A stretch of DNA of 57,239 bases, filler included, from Dugesia japonica (Eukaryota): the NCBI GenBank assembly GCA_001938525.1. It is 5 parts of 5 records of this genome, joined end to end, with 100 filler letters (N's around TTAATTAATTAA, not from the genome) between each part and the next. Parts side by side here need not be neighbours in the genome. Positions count along the whole stretch, not along the records: positions 8,792 to 17,203 come from MQRL01629974.1; positions 17,304 to 30,168 come from MQRL01586293.1; 3 more parts are not named here. One strand, written 5' to 3'. The notes beneath the pieces were generated by a model that saw only the letters and a program-made list of their open reading frames with translations, had not been told where the DNA came from and did no database searches. A program made the position numbers and the translations under genes. Of the stretch, positions 11,701 to 22,486 are shown one piece after another. How positions within the stretch are numbered: the first letter of the stretch is position 1; each line of letters starts with the position of its first letter.

Positions 11701-14700
11701 TTTTATTAAGATTATATAAAAGTGTAATGTAGTTATTTTTAAAATAAATTATCAACTAAAACAAATAATGACCCACCTCGCGAAGAAAGTAATTCATTTA
11801 TACATCTTGATTTGAATCGTAATTTCAAATTTCTATCCATATTGAAAAGAAAATCCATGGAGTTAAAAGGAAAATTATTCGTTGTTAATTCTGCTGTTTT
11901 ATTGCGAATAGCTTCGTAGCATTGCATCATATAATTACTAGTTTGCTGAAGAATCACATTGTTATCACCTTCGTAAGTGCAGTTTGTATCGTTATCATTA
12001 CTTAGAGATTTATTCAAAAATAGAATGAATAAAAAAAGTTTTAAACCTTACCGAATTTGACCAAGTCTGCTGCAATATAAATAACCGTGACCACCACAAG
12101 CTTCTCTACATTCCTGAGCACACCATTGAGCTGTCCAGGTAGAAACTGCTTTAGATGCACAACTCAAAGCATGCATTTCTTTACCGCGATCATTTTGGTC
12201 TTGCCTTTTTCCCGTTTGTAAATCAGCTTGAAATTTTATCATTTCCAACATAATAAATTCAGAAAAATGATTGATGGCATATGCTGCAGCAAGATAAGGA
12301 AATAATCTATATTGCTAAATATAAATGTCGGAATTAATAATAATAATTAAATATAATAAAACATCATGCATTAGATTTCATTAAAATAAAGAAAAAGCTT
12401 CAATCAAAATAAAATGAATTTGTAAAAAAGTTCAAATTTTCGACAAAAGTCTTCTTCAGGAACATGAACGCTTCTTGATATATTCAACGCAATAGGTCTT
12501 TGTTAATCAATTCTTTAGATTTTATCGAAATTTTATTGGTTTATTTTAATTATGGATTTAAATTTTTGTTTTTAAATTAACTCATATAAATTTTTTAATT
12601 AAATAGAATAGTCTTTTAGATATTTTCGATAATTAGCTATATTATAAAAATTTTTTAAATTTTATATTTTTTTTTAATTGAAAATTTTAAAAATTTCATT
12701 TGGTGTTTTTTTTTTAATTATTTAGTATGTATATATATAATTAGTGTTTTTATTTATGTTATATATAATTTATGTTATTTTAAAAATGGATTTTTATAAA
12801 TTTTTTATATAAAATTAATTTTTTTTAAATAAAAAAACCATTTAAAAGTTTCTTTCAAATTTGTATTAAGAAAACTTTTATATTTAATTAATATTATTTC
12901 GTTTTTTTATATAAATATATTTATTTTAAAAATATTATTTATTGATATTGATATAAACATTTTTTATCAAAATTTTTTTTTAAATATGGTTACTGTTGAA
13001 CACCACATTGATCTGAGGTTTATCTTCTTTAATTAATATTTGTTCGTGTTTCTTTCTGTGAAGTGTAGAAATGTAGCATGTTCCTAATGTTTTCCATGTA
13101 ATATGATGATTTTCTGGTAAAACACTATGTTTGTTTTATCATATATTAATTAACTAATTTATTTATTATTTATTATTATTTAATTAATTTAGATTCTCAA
13201 TCGTATATGAATTCTAAAAATACAGTAAAAATAGCTTTTAATTAAGTTATTTATTGAGAAATCAAAAATATTATACATTCATAATAAAAAAAGTTATGAA
13301 AGATTGTTTTATATATTTGCAACATTATTATTGAGATAAATAATTTACTACATTAGATTATGAAATTTATTCAGAACTAATTGTTTAGATTATGGTAAAA
13401 AATAATCAGTGATTTATATTTTGATACTTTGATAGCCATTAGATTTTATAATTTAAATGTGATGATCCTAATGTTATCCAATACTGAGTGATTGCAGAAG
13501 GACTATGAACTCATGATACTAAACCAATGTCCGGCAAAGAAATATAGCGCGAGAAAACTTTAGTGTGCAGTGAAAAATTAAGGAAAATATTTATAAATTT
13601 CTAATGTTTTTCAGTTTTTTCAATTTGTAATTATTGAATATTGAATATCGAATATTGAGACTTGAATAAGTCTTATTTGCGCTGATAAACAACCTCAGCG
13701 TTCTTACTGATCAAAGATAATTATTCTATGTTATTGATAATATATTTTATTTATTAAATTGTTTCTAACGTTTTACAAATCATTGTTNNNNNNNNNNNNN
13801 NNNNNNNNNNNNNNNNNNNNNNNTTTTATTGTATGGTTGTGCCGATGAAACATTTTTCGTGGTTGGGTGTGCCCAAATACGAATAAAAGTTGCCCGACAC
13901 TGTACTAAACTAATAAATGGATTTAACCTATGTGAAAATTAGACAACTATATGTACGATCATTCCATTAAAATTAGTTTGCTGATAGAATGATTCACGTT
14001 CAGAATCTCATTATAGTTGATTCATGAATTTGATAAATGGAACCAGCTGACACCAGAGAAAATTTATCAAAAATATCAATAATCCCAAAGAGATGCTGAA
14101 AAGAACGAGAATTTAAAATATCCATGGTTACAAATACAGAAGTTTTGTGAAATCTTTCACTGTGACTATCCTAAATAAATAAAATTAATGAATAGGATAT
14201 TAAGTACGAGAAGTTCACAACCAACCAAGAATTGTTTACTCCTTCAGAGAGTTTATGATCAGAAATAATTCTTCACGAAAAACTCAATTCAGAGACAGTT
14301 GTAAAATTAAACTTGCAAATACCTATTAAACAAAGGTTTTCATCTTAAAATATATCGGAAGTAGTATAAAGACAATGCAAAATTTTAATTTAAAAAACGT
14401 TCTGTTATTTTTGTGTTTAAATGGTAATTATAATTCTAAAATATTTATTAAATGTTAAATGTATTTTTACCTGTGTTTGATATTCAATAATAGGAAGTTC
14501 GACAGAACTATCATCGGGTCCAAATTGCCTTCGTACCGCAGAATATCTTATTGCAATAGTCACAAGAAGTTTTAAATTTGCTGCTCCAATACCAGTAATT
14601 CCAGCTCTACCAATTGATAATATTCCGAGATTAGCACCGAGACGTTTGGAAGAATCCTATATATTTAATTANTTAATATAAAAAGAAATATTCCCAATAA

Positions 14701-16829
14701 ACTGTTGTAAATAAATGGGTAAAATCAACTTAAAATAGAAATTAAAAAATAAAATAAATAAATAAAACATAAATTAATTATAATTAATAACATTATTTCT
14801 TAATTGTTTTAATTTATACAACTACACCTAAATTTTGTTTTTACGCGATTCCAAAAAAAATTGCACTTTGTTTTTGCGTGGTTTAAATTTTAGTGAAAAA
14901 TAATATGTGTTTGTTTTAACACGTTTCTAGAAATAAACACTAAATCGTGTGATACGAAAAATCTAAGACACTCTTATATGGAAGATTTCCCTTATTTATT
15001 TCACATAGGTTTTGGTTAAAAGTACAGTGCAGGTGTGCAGTTAAAATTTAATATTAAAAGTGAGAAGTTATTAAAAAAATCACATAAATATTTTTGAATT
15101 AAATAAACGATAATTAATATTTTCTATGGGTTCATTTATTACGTTACATTTACACCTAATTCTGTTTTTAGGCGATTTTTTAATGCGAGTTTCTGGTGAA
15201 CGTATCTATCGCGTAAAAAGAAAATTAGGTATATAAATATTATGAACGATTTTGACAAGATTACGAACAATTTTTGAAAACCCTGTATTTTATAGATATA
15301 CTAATACAAAGATATATCTATATATTTTTTGGCAATACTTTGTGAGTCATGTATATAATATTACATCCATAAGTATTATCGTGCCCATATACTATTAATT
15401 AATTTACGTCATTAATTTTTTTCTATATTCTTTATGCAGATCTCCTATTAAGTCATCATCTAATTCTTAACCTTCTTTTTCACTTTCTTAAATTATACCT
15501 TTTTAAAGCTTTAAAGTTTTATACACTTTTACATATTGTTTTAGTTATTTTAGTTTTTACATTTCTTTTTAATTTCTTTTATATCTTTTATCTTCCTGTT
15601 TCTCAACTGAAATCAGTGCTTTATTTGCCGCTTGTCCTATTAAAATTTTTACTTCCATTGCTAATTTCACTAACGTTCTTTGTGTATTTTAACTTGCTGG
15701 ATTGCCTATGTTATTTTAATCATGTATCATATTTCCATTCACAATATGTTTATCTCTCATATAATTACCTTTTTATGCTGCTCGATCTGCTTTGCTTATT
15801 AGGTTTTCTCCTGGTTTTGGTTTATTATTATTATCCAATATAATGTCAAGTCTAGTTCTAGATTCAGTATAGTAAAATTTTAAAAAAAGATGTTTTTCAC
15901 CAGTATACATTTTTTAAATAAAAGTAAAAGGTTTTAGTATAGTTTTGAGTTATTTTAGATGATACTTTATCTCTAATAACACGATCGCTGTATATTCTTT
16001 TATTATGCCAATCACGTTTATACAGTAGTCATCTGATATTTTATATTATTCTTCTTTTAACCACTACTAAATTTCATCTTTACATGTTTCTATTCTTTTC
16101 TCTACATGTTTCTTTTTCTTCTAAGCTTTGAAAGCTGAGTCTTATTATATTTAATATTTAATTTTTTGTATAATATTTTATTATTATCCATCTAGTTATG
16201 TAATATTTATTAAGAAATATTATTAGTATGTTCATTATCATTATATCTAGTTATTATTTACATTTAGGAATTACATAAATATAANGTCTTGTTCCGAATT
16301 TATTTTGTAGAAAAAATGAAACAATAATAGTTGAATATATAAAAATTATTAAAAATTTCTTCAGAATACAACAAAATATGATAAAAAATTAAGATTTGTC
16401 GGCGTTTAAATTACAAATGAATTATAAATTTTAATAAAATATATATTAACTAACTGTATATGGAGTAATGTACACCCCATCGGCAAGAATATCACCATTC
16501 TTCTTAAATAAAGAACTCTTTGGTATTCGATAATTATTAAATTTTACAAATCTATTGGAAAATATAATAAAATGTAAAAAAATTACGAATTTCTACCCAT
16601 TATCCAATCCATTTAATCCAATTTTTGGTCCCATATCACCTATTAGAACACCAGTATATGTTTTAAAATTACTTGTAGATCGTAACGGTGTTAAAAACAT
16701 GTGTATTCCGTGGTCTTTACCAACACCGTCAATTAATCTTGCAAAAACAATTCCATGTGTGGCGGTTTTAGCAAGATTTCCACACCATACTTTAATAGCT
16801 TCTAAATCTGGAGTATTAAGGATGAATTC
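8792..16829 (-). CDS. ACOX3: Peroxisomal acyl-CoA oxidase 3, partial; exons 16829-16597, 16551-16455, 14656-14471, 12314-12052, 12000-11777, 9766-9612, 9117-8982, 8936-8792
   Basis: The spliced translation is open and phase-consistent: EFILNTPDLEAIKVWCGNLAKTATH, GDMGPKIGLNGLDNG, IAIRYSAVRRQFGP, CREACGGHGY, RNDNDTNCTYEGDNNVILQQTSNY (catalytic Glu motif, ACOX3-type), LKPDVVSLVD...NSPLG. It is truncated by spacers on both sides. Confidence 0.93.
9232..9450. mobile_element. Tc1/mariner-superfamily terminal fragment
   Basis: TA-CAGGGTGTCCCATAAG terminus typical of Tc1/maT-like TIRs. No intact coding sequence. Confidence 0.4.
10352..10844 (-). mobile_element. Internally deleted hAT (Buster/SPIN-like) element retaining the transposase C-terminus
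   Basis: TIRs CAGGCCTGCCCAACC / GGTTGGCCAGCACTG and flanks GCATAGAG / GTATATAG (nnnTAnnn TSD, 6/8). ORF 10553-10744 encodes the hAT dimerisation tail FGxTYxxESAFSxM...RNSLTD.HL...LRL...QCQRSH. Confidence 0.85.
10898..10934 (+). ncRNA. Minimal type I hammerhead ribozyme motif (Penelope-type), stem II partly decayed
   Basis: CAATTC-CTGAAGA-AAACTAAGTC-GAAA-TATA-GAATTG gives a 6-bp stem I, the CUGANGA and GAAA core, and a palindromic stem III remnant. Confidence 0.6.
11352..11580 (-). mobile_element. 3' end of a Tc1/maT-like transposon
   Basis: TACAGGATGTG terminus. The minus strand reads IEEEAAKVPLEICENAMTSFYNRLQTCINVNG, the typical C-terminal RLxxCIxxNG motif. Confidence 0.6.
12430..12463 (-). 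ncRNA. Minimal type I hammerhead ribozyme motif with intact core
   Basis: The minus strand reads GTTC-CTGAAGA-A-GAC-TTTT-GTC-GAAA-ATTT-GAAC: stem I GTTC/GAAC, stem II GAC/GTC, palindromic AATT in place of stem III, predicted cleavage after UU. Confidence 0.7.
12430..13135 (-). mobile_element. Penelope-like retroelement 3' fragment (endonuclease C-terminus + pLTR with hammerhead)
   Basis: Minus 13130-12985 encodes HSVLPENHHITWKTLGTCYISTLHRKKHEQILIKEDKPQINVVFNSN, resembling the end of the PLE GIY-YIG domain (ExxLIKxxKPxLN). An AT-rich tail and the hammerhead follow. Homologous pieces lie at ~34020-34120 and ~37710-37810. Confidence 0.65.
14823..15232. mobile_element. pogo/Tigger-like MITE
   Basis: TACACCTAAATTTTGTTTTTACGCG at the left, an internal copy at ~15150, and inverted CGCGTAAAAAGAAAATTAGGTATA at the right. 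Confidence 0.55.
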
Positions 16830-17090
16830 CTAAATTTTAATAAAATGCATAACTTAAGATATTTTGATTTCAATAAACAAGAAATAAAAATTTGTGATTC
16901 TCAGAATTTCGAAAATACAATTTGCAACATAATAATATGAGTATGATTATATAAAGTTAAAATTCTTATTATAAAATTACAATTTTTTTAATATTTTGAC
17001 CATGACAAAATTACACATGTCATACATACCTATGTATTACGTTTCATTATAAATGTTTATCTTTATTAATTGGAAAATCATTTTTTATAG

Positions 17091-17203
17091 ATGAAACGTT
17101 TAAATGAAGCAGAACGAAATGAAATTATATTTAAGCTCAGTATGAAAAAACCTCAAAGCAAACGATTTCTGGCAAGAAATTATGGTGTTACTGAAGGTGC
17201 TAT
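17091..17203 (+). mobile_element. pogo/Tigger transposase N-terminal HTH fragment
   Basis: MKRLNEAERNEIIFKLSMKKPQSKRFLARNYGVTEGAI fits a psq/CENP-B type HTH. It is cut by a gap. Confidence 0.65.
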
Positions 17204-17303
17204 NNNNNNNNNNNNNNNNNNNNNNNNNNNNNNNNNNNNNNNNNNNNTTAATTAATTAANNNNNNNNNNNNNNNNNNNNNNNNNNNNNNNNNNNNNNNNN
17301 NNN

Positions 17304-18700
17304 ATAAGAAAGATTTATTATACTCGTTTTACGATATCTAACATAAAATATAAAACAAAATAATTACTTATGTGGTTTCGGACAAAAATCAAAATGAGCT
17401 CTGCAACGTAGGTATAGTTGTGCAATGGCAGATCCGTGAAACTTCCAATAGATTGGTGATCAATATACTTCGAGAATTTGAGGAGTTTTATTTGGGTGAT
17501 TGCTAACACTTTCTTCTTCTTAGCTGTAGTTTTGTTACAACAATGATGGATAGGCTTGAGAGTATTACGTTTGACTTCCTTGAAACTTTAAATTAGCTGA
17601 GCTGGATAGTTATGAACTTGAGATGGGTTTTTTAGTAATCTTGTGTGCCTCGCAACTTGGTAAAATAAATTTTCGTAAGTGTTCCTTTTCACAACTTGTT
17701 AAGATAAATTTTTTGTAGTTGTCCTTTTCACAACTGGTTAAAATAAAATTTTTTTTGTCGTTTTTTCACTTGAAAATTGGAGGTCNNNNNNNNNNNNNNN
17801 NNNNNNNNNNNNNNNNNNNNNNNNNNNNNNNNNNNAATGATGGATAGGATTGAGAGTATTACGTTTGACTTCCTTGAAACTTTAAATTAGCTGAGCTGGA
17901 TAGTTATGAGTTTTAGATGGGTGTTTTAGTAATCTTGTGTGCCTCGCAACTTGGTAAAATAAATTTCTGTAAGTGTTCTTTTCACAACTTGTTAAAATAA
18001 ATTTTTTGTAGTTGTCCTTTTCACAACTGGATAAAATAAAATTTTTTGTCGACNTTTCACTTGAANATNGGANGTNCTTATATATGGTTTTCTGGACACC
18101 CCAACTATGTTCAGATTTGCTGGTATTTTTAGACCAGCTCTTTTCCAATTTTATTGGTGCTAGCACCGATTCTCTGAAATTTTCTGGAAATTTTGGTGTC
18201 ATGATTGGCAACTATTTTTAGAGCAGCACCTGTTTTATTTTATTGTTTTATTTTTATTTTCTGGCTGCTCATTGGCTGGATTTTAGAATCCTTACCATAC
18301 CCCTCTGGAAGGTGGTACGTTCTTTCTTTTTTCGATTCTAGTTGCACCAGCTCATTTTCTTTTCAATTTTTCTTGTCTGAACGTTTTCTGACGCCCTGAG
18401 CCGGAGTTATCGGTAAAAAACATATTTTTATCTAATTTTGTTTATTTTTGTTTGAAAATTTCATTAATTTTTTTTTGCATTAATTAATTACTTTCTATAT
18501 TATTTTTTCTTGTTAATTCTTTTCATTTATTAAATTTTTCTTAATTGCCAATCATAACCGTTTCCATTTCTTCATAACCTTTTTTTGGATTTAATTTCAT
18601 TTCTCATTATGGTTGCCTCTAGGTTTTAGTTTCCATCATGGTTGCTTCAAAAGTTCAATGCGGATTTATTTTCCGCCTTAGTGGGTGTTTCACCCNAACA
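17304..18700 (-). mobile_element. LTR-like unit of the AAT-associated family (partial)
   Basis: Ends GTGTTTCACCCNAACA directly against an AAT array and contains ~39-bp tandem subrepeats. Confidence 0.6.
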
Positions 18701-18848
18701 ATGATAATAGTAATAATAACTTTATTAGTAATAATACTACTAATAGCAATAAGAATAACAACAATAATAATCCTAATAATAATTATCATAATAATAATAA
18801 TAATAATAATATCAGAAACCATATCAATGATAATAATATCGATAATAA
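18701..18848. repeat. Degenerate (AAT)n microsatellite between two LTR-like ends
   Basis: Seen directly. Confidence 0.9.
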
Positions 18849-20988
18849 TGTTAGGGTTCCACCTGAGTCGAATGAAGAAAATTGTGACTGGGGAAAAAAC
18901 AACCCTCAGGGGACCCTTATCAAGAATTTAACCTGACGCCCCTGGTTCAGGTATTCGGCATATGGTGTTTGACCTCTCTCTTAATGGGAGGTGCGCGCAC
19001 ATAGGTTTTTTTATTTGGGTTCACTATTTTCCCTTAACTTACACATAAAATTTAAACCAATGGTACTCGAAAACATTTATTAAGATAATATTTATATTTT
19101 GTCTAATACACCAGGGTCTAACCACTAGTCCGGATCTGTTATCAAAAAGTTGAAAGTGGCGACATCGTCGTTGTCGTCCCATTGTACCCAGGTAGGGTTT
19201 CCCAATTGACGAGAAAGGTAGGATATATATTGCTTGAGGAAATCGATTTTCCTCTGTATTAACATTTTATTTTCCTCCTCTAGGGCTTTTGTCTGCACCG
19301 CTAGGTCATTCTGTTTTTTCTCAATTTGGTTTAGCTTCTTAATTAGACGATCTCGTTAGTTCAGGTGTTTGATCAGAGCTTTATTGGTTTTCCGCTTTAA
19401 ATGTCGTTCTATTAGTAGGCGGCGCAATATGCGATGGCATCTGCGGATACTATTGGGAAAGGTGATGCGAGGCACTAAAAGAAATTAAATTAGTATATAG
19501 GCAACTTGACAGCAAATTTTAGGTAAAACATTAGGATAAATTACTGAATGCATAAGAACGATTGAATAATACATTTATTTACAAAAGACTATGTGGGTTA
19601 GGTCCGATGAGTTTGGGTGCCCTTCTCGATCATCAAAGGTTCGAGAAGTATCCTTTCTCGGAGAAGTAAAATATCATCAACCAGTTTATTCTTTCGGTCA
19701 TGGGTGGACCGGATAACTTCTGCAAAGGACTCAACTTGTTTCTTCCATGTTCGTTCCTGCAGGTGGGAGGCCTCAGCTTCCTTTTTAAAAGCGATACACT
19801 TCTTCTTGTATTGGGTCACCTAACTATTTGCGGCGGCTATTTCTGCCTCCCATCGACGCTTTGCAAGTCAATATAGGACCAAAGTCATTTCTTGGTCCTC
19901 GCTGGTATCCCTCATCTTTTTTGTGGGAGCCGTAGAACGATTTAGAGATGAATGCATAATAATAATTTTTACAAGAACTTCTGCAACGGTTTTTTGAATT
20001 TTCTGAATAGACTCAGGGCTCCTCAACGATATGGTTGACTTCTATTTTCAAGGAAAATTTATCGACTAAGCCACAATCCAAAAATATAATTTTACTTGGT
20101 AGTTTCGTAGTAGATCACTGATTGCGCGATAACTGGGTATGGTTTANNNNNNNNNNNNNNNNNNNNNNNNNNNNNNNNNNNNNNNNNNNNNNNNNNNNNN
20201 NNNNNNNNNNNNNNNNNNNNNNNNNNNNNNNNNNNNNNNNNNNTTTTAGTTGAAAAATTAAAATTTTAAGTTAATTTCTGCTATTTTTTTGGAGTCCTTT
20301 TATACGGTTTTCTTTACACTCTAACTTTGTTCGTATTTGCTGATTATTTTTAGTTTAGGGTTCACCGCTTCTTATTGGTCCTATTGCCAATTTTCTGGAA
20401 TATTTTCATAGTTTTGGATTCTCAATTAGCAGTTATTTTTGGAATATCACATGATGATTGTGTCTTTGTTTTTTTTAGGTATTTCATTGGTCCAGTTTTC
20501 AAGATCCTCTCTTAACATTCTGTATGATGATAAGGTTTTCCAAAGGTAAACTTTTGATACCTTATTCCATAATCTTCCCATATTTTCTTGTTCCGAGCTC
20601 CTGTGATTTTCTGGAGCAAAGGTATTCGTAAAAAACGAATTTCGGCCTAATTTTAATTTATTTTAAACTTAAAATTAATTAATATTTTCTTTATAATTAA
20701 TAGTTTGTTTAATAATTTTCTTGTTTCTTTAAATAATAATTTGATAATTTCCTTCGATTGATAGCATTGATGGGTGATGGCTTGATCGTTCAAATTCATT
20801 ATTATCAGCTTTTCTTATGTTGCTCATTTAATCATTGGTTTACAACCTTGTTTGATATCTGTACGTGTTCTTCTTCTCCTCATTTTAATCGTCTTCGATA
20901 CATTTATGCGTCTTTCTTTCTTTCCCGTATCTTATAGTTGGTGACCCCTTGATATAAATTCCCTTCAACTGGGTGTTTCACCCCAATA
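18849..20988 (-). mobile_element. Complete ~2.1-kb solo-LTR-like unit (TGTTAGGG...GTGTTTCACCCCAATA)
   Basis: Short inverted termini with AAT-like arrays on both sides. Segment 20580-20990 is clearly homologous to 22125-22486. Confidence 0.6.
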
Positions 20989-21299
20989 ATAACAATGATA
21001 GTGACCATCACTACAATGATACTAAAACTACTAAGAACAAAATCAATAGTGCTGCTAGTAATTGATAGTTAATATCAGTAAGTGTCAACTTGAATTTTCA
21101 TTAATTACCGCATAATTACAGGAGGAGATAATTATACCTTAATATCATAATCAAAATCGATAACAATGTCAGTCATAACTTCCCATGCATAAAATGTCTC
21201 ACCGTTAAATATCATCGAAAAATACAACTATTACTCTTCATTGGAAGCCTTAAGGGATAGCATTCACTTTACCTACTAATTGTACCTATCTCGCTTCCG

Positions 21300-22486
21300 A
21301 CATTGGTCACAAAAAATAGATGTCGGCCGTGATATCACCGCAATTTGAATGATATTTATCATAATGAGGCCTTATTTATCTAATGAAATTAATAACCCAA
21401 AAAACCAAAATATTTGGGAAGTTGAATTGTTGCGTTTGTGTTGCTTAGCGACATGGATGATTATTTCAATTTCGGGTTGATGACACCAGAAAGTGTGTAT
21501 GGATAGAGGTAGCATAGGGTGTGTGTAGGTATTATTGACTTGCCTCGGTTAGTTGGTCTGCAGTATTTATTTTTAACACACGGACACAGGGAAAAACTTT
21601 CTCTCGTTCTAGACTAGGAAGATACTAAACTGTGGTGAGTTGATAATTGTGAGAATTTGATGTTGCAATTTATTTTCCTTCCGGTTGTAGTATATTTTGT
21701 TTCTTTTCACAGAAGATCCCTTGAAAGTATTAAATCGGTGATGTGAAAATAAGTTCAACTTCCGTTAAGTACGTGGTGATTATAGAGTTATAACTCGTAT
21801 TTTTTGTAAGTTTTTCTGCTAAAATTTGTGGCTCCTCTTATATGATTCTTGCTTCACCTCAACCGTACTATTATTGGATGGTTATTTTTACTTTCAGCTT
21901 CGGGCTTTCTATTGGCGTTGGTGCAAATTTTTAGAATTTTTTACAGGTTTTTGGACATTTCATTGGTGCCTATTTTTGGAATGGCACACAAATCGTGCCT
22001 TTGTTCTAATTTTATTTTTTGACATCCCATTGGTCCCGTTTTTGGGACCTTATAGCAACCTTCTGGATGATGACAGGGTTTTTCGACAGGAAAATTCGAT
22101 GACCAACCCTAATTCCTTCTGGAATTTTCTTACGCCGAGCTCCTGTGATTTTCAGGAGCAAGGTTATTTGCATAAAACGAATTTCAGCCTCATTTTAATT
22201 TATTTTACACTTAAATTAATTAATATTTTCTTTATAATTAATTTTTTTAATAATAATTTTCTTTAATTGATTGCATTAATGGATGTTGGCATGATGACCC
22301 AAATTCATTGTTGTCGGATTTTTCTTAGGTTGTTCATTTACTCATTGATTTACACCCTGTTCGATGGCTGTACTCGTTTTTCTCGTTTTAATCGTTTTTG
22401 GTGCCTTATAATTCTTTCTTTCCTTCCCGTGTTTTTATAATCGCCTTGGTCTTGCTTCCTCCTCTATTGTGTGTTTCACCCCAACA
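21300..22486 (-). mobile_element. LTR-like unit of the same family (partial)
   Basis: Ends GTGTTTCACCCCAACA and shares CCGAGCTCCTGTGATTTTC.GGAGCAA...ACGAATTTC.GCCT with the 20590 copy. The left boundary is approximate. Confidence 0.6.

Noticed and set aside
15430-16190. Possible gag remnant in an ACOX3 intron
   Set aside because: Purine-skewed, but with no motif I can support.
16555-16833. Plus-strand 92-aa ORF (and 4218-4538)
   Set aside because: Antisense shadows of ACOX3 and ASXL exons.
17545-18075. Near-identical ~240-bp tandem duplication
   Set aside because: The copies sit on either side of an N gap, so this is most likely an unmerged contig overlap or allelic duplication.
18638-18936. 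Poly-Asn / poly-Ile ORFs (also 44088-44327, 46493-46993, 56586-56789)
   Set aside because: These are translations of AAT/ATT microsatellites and N gaps.
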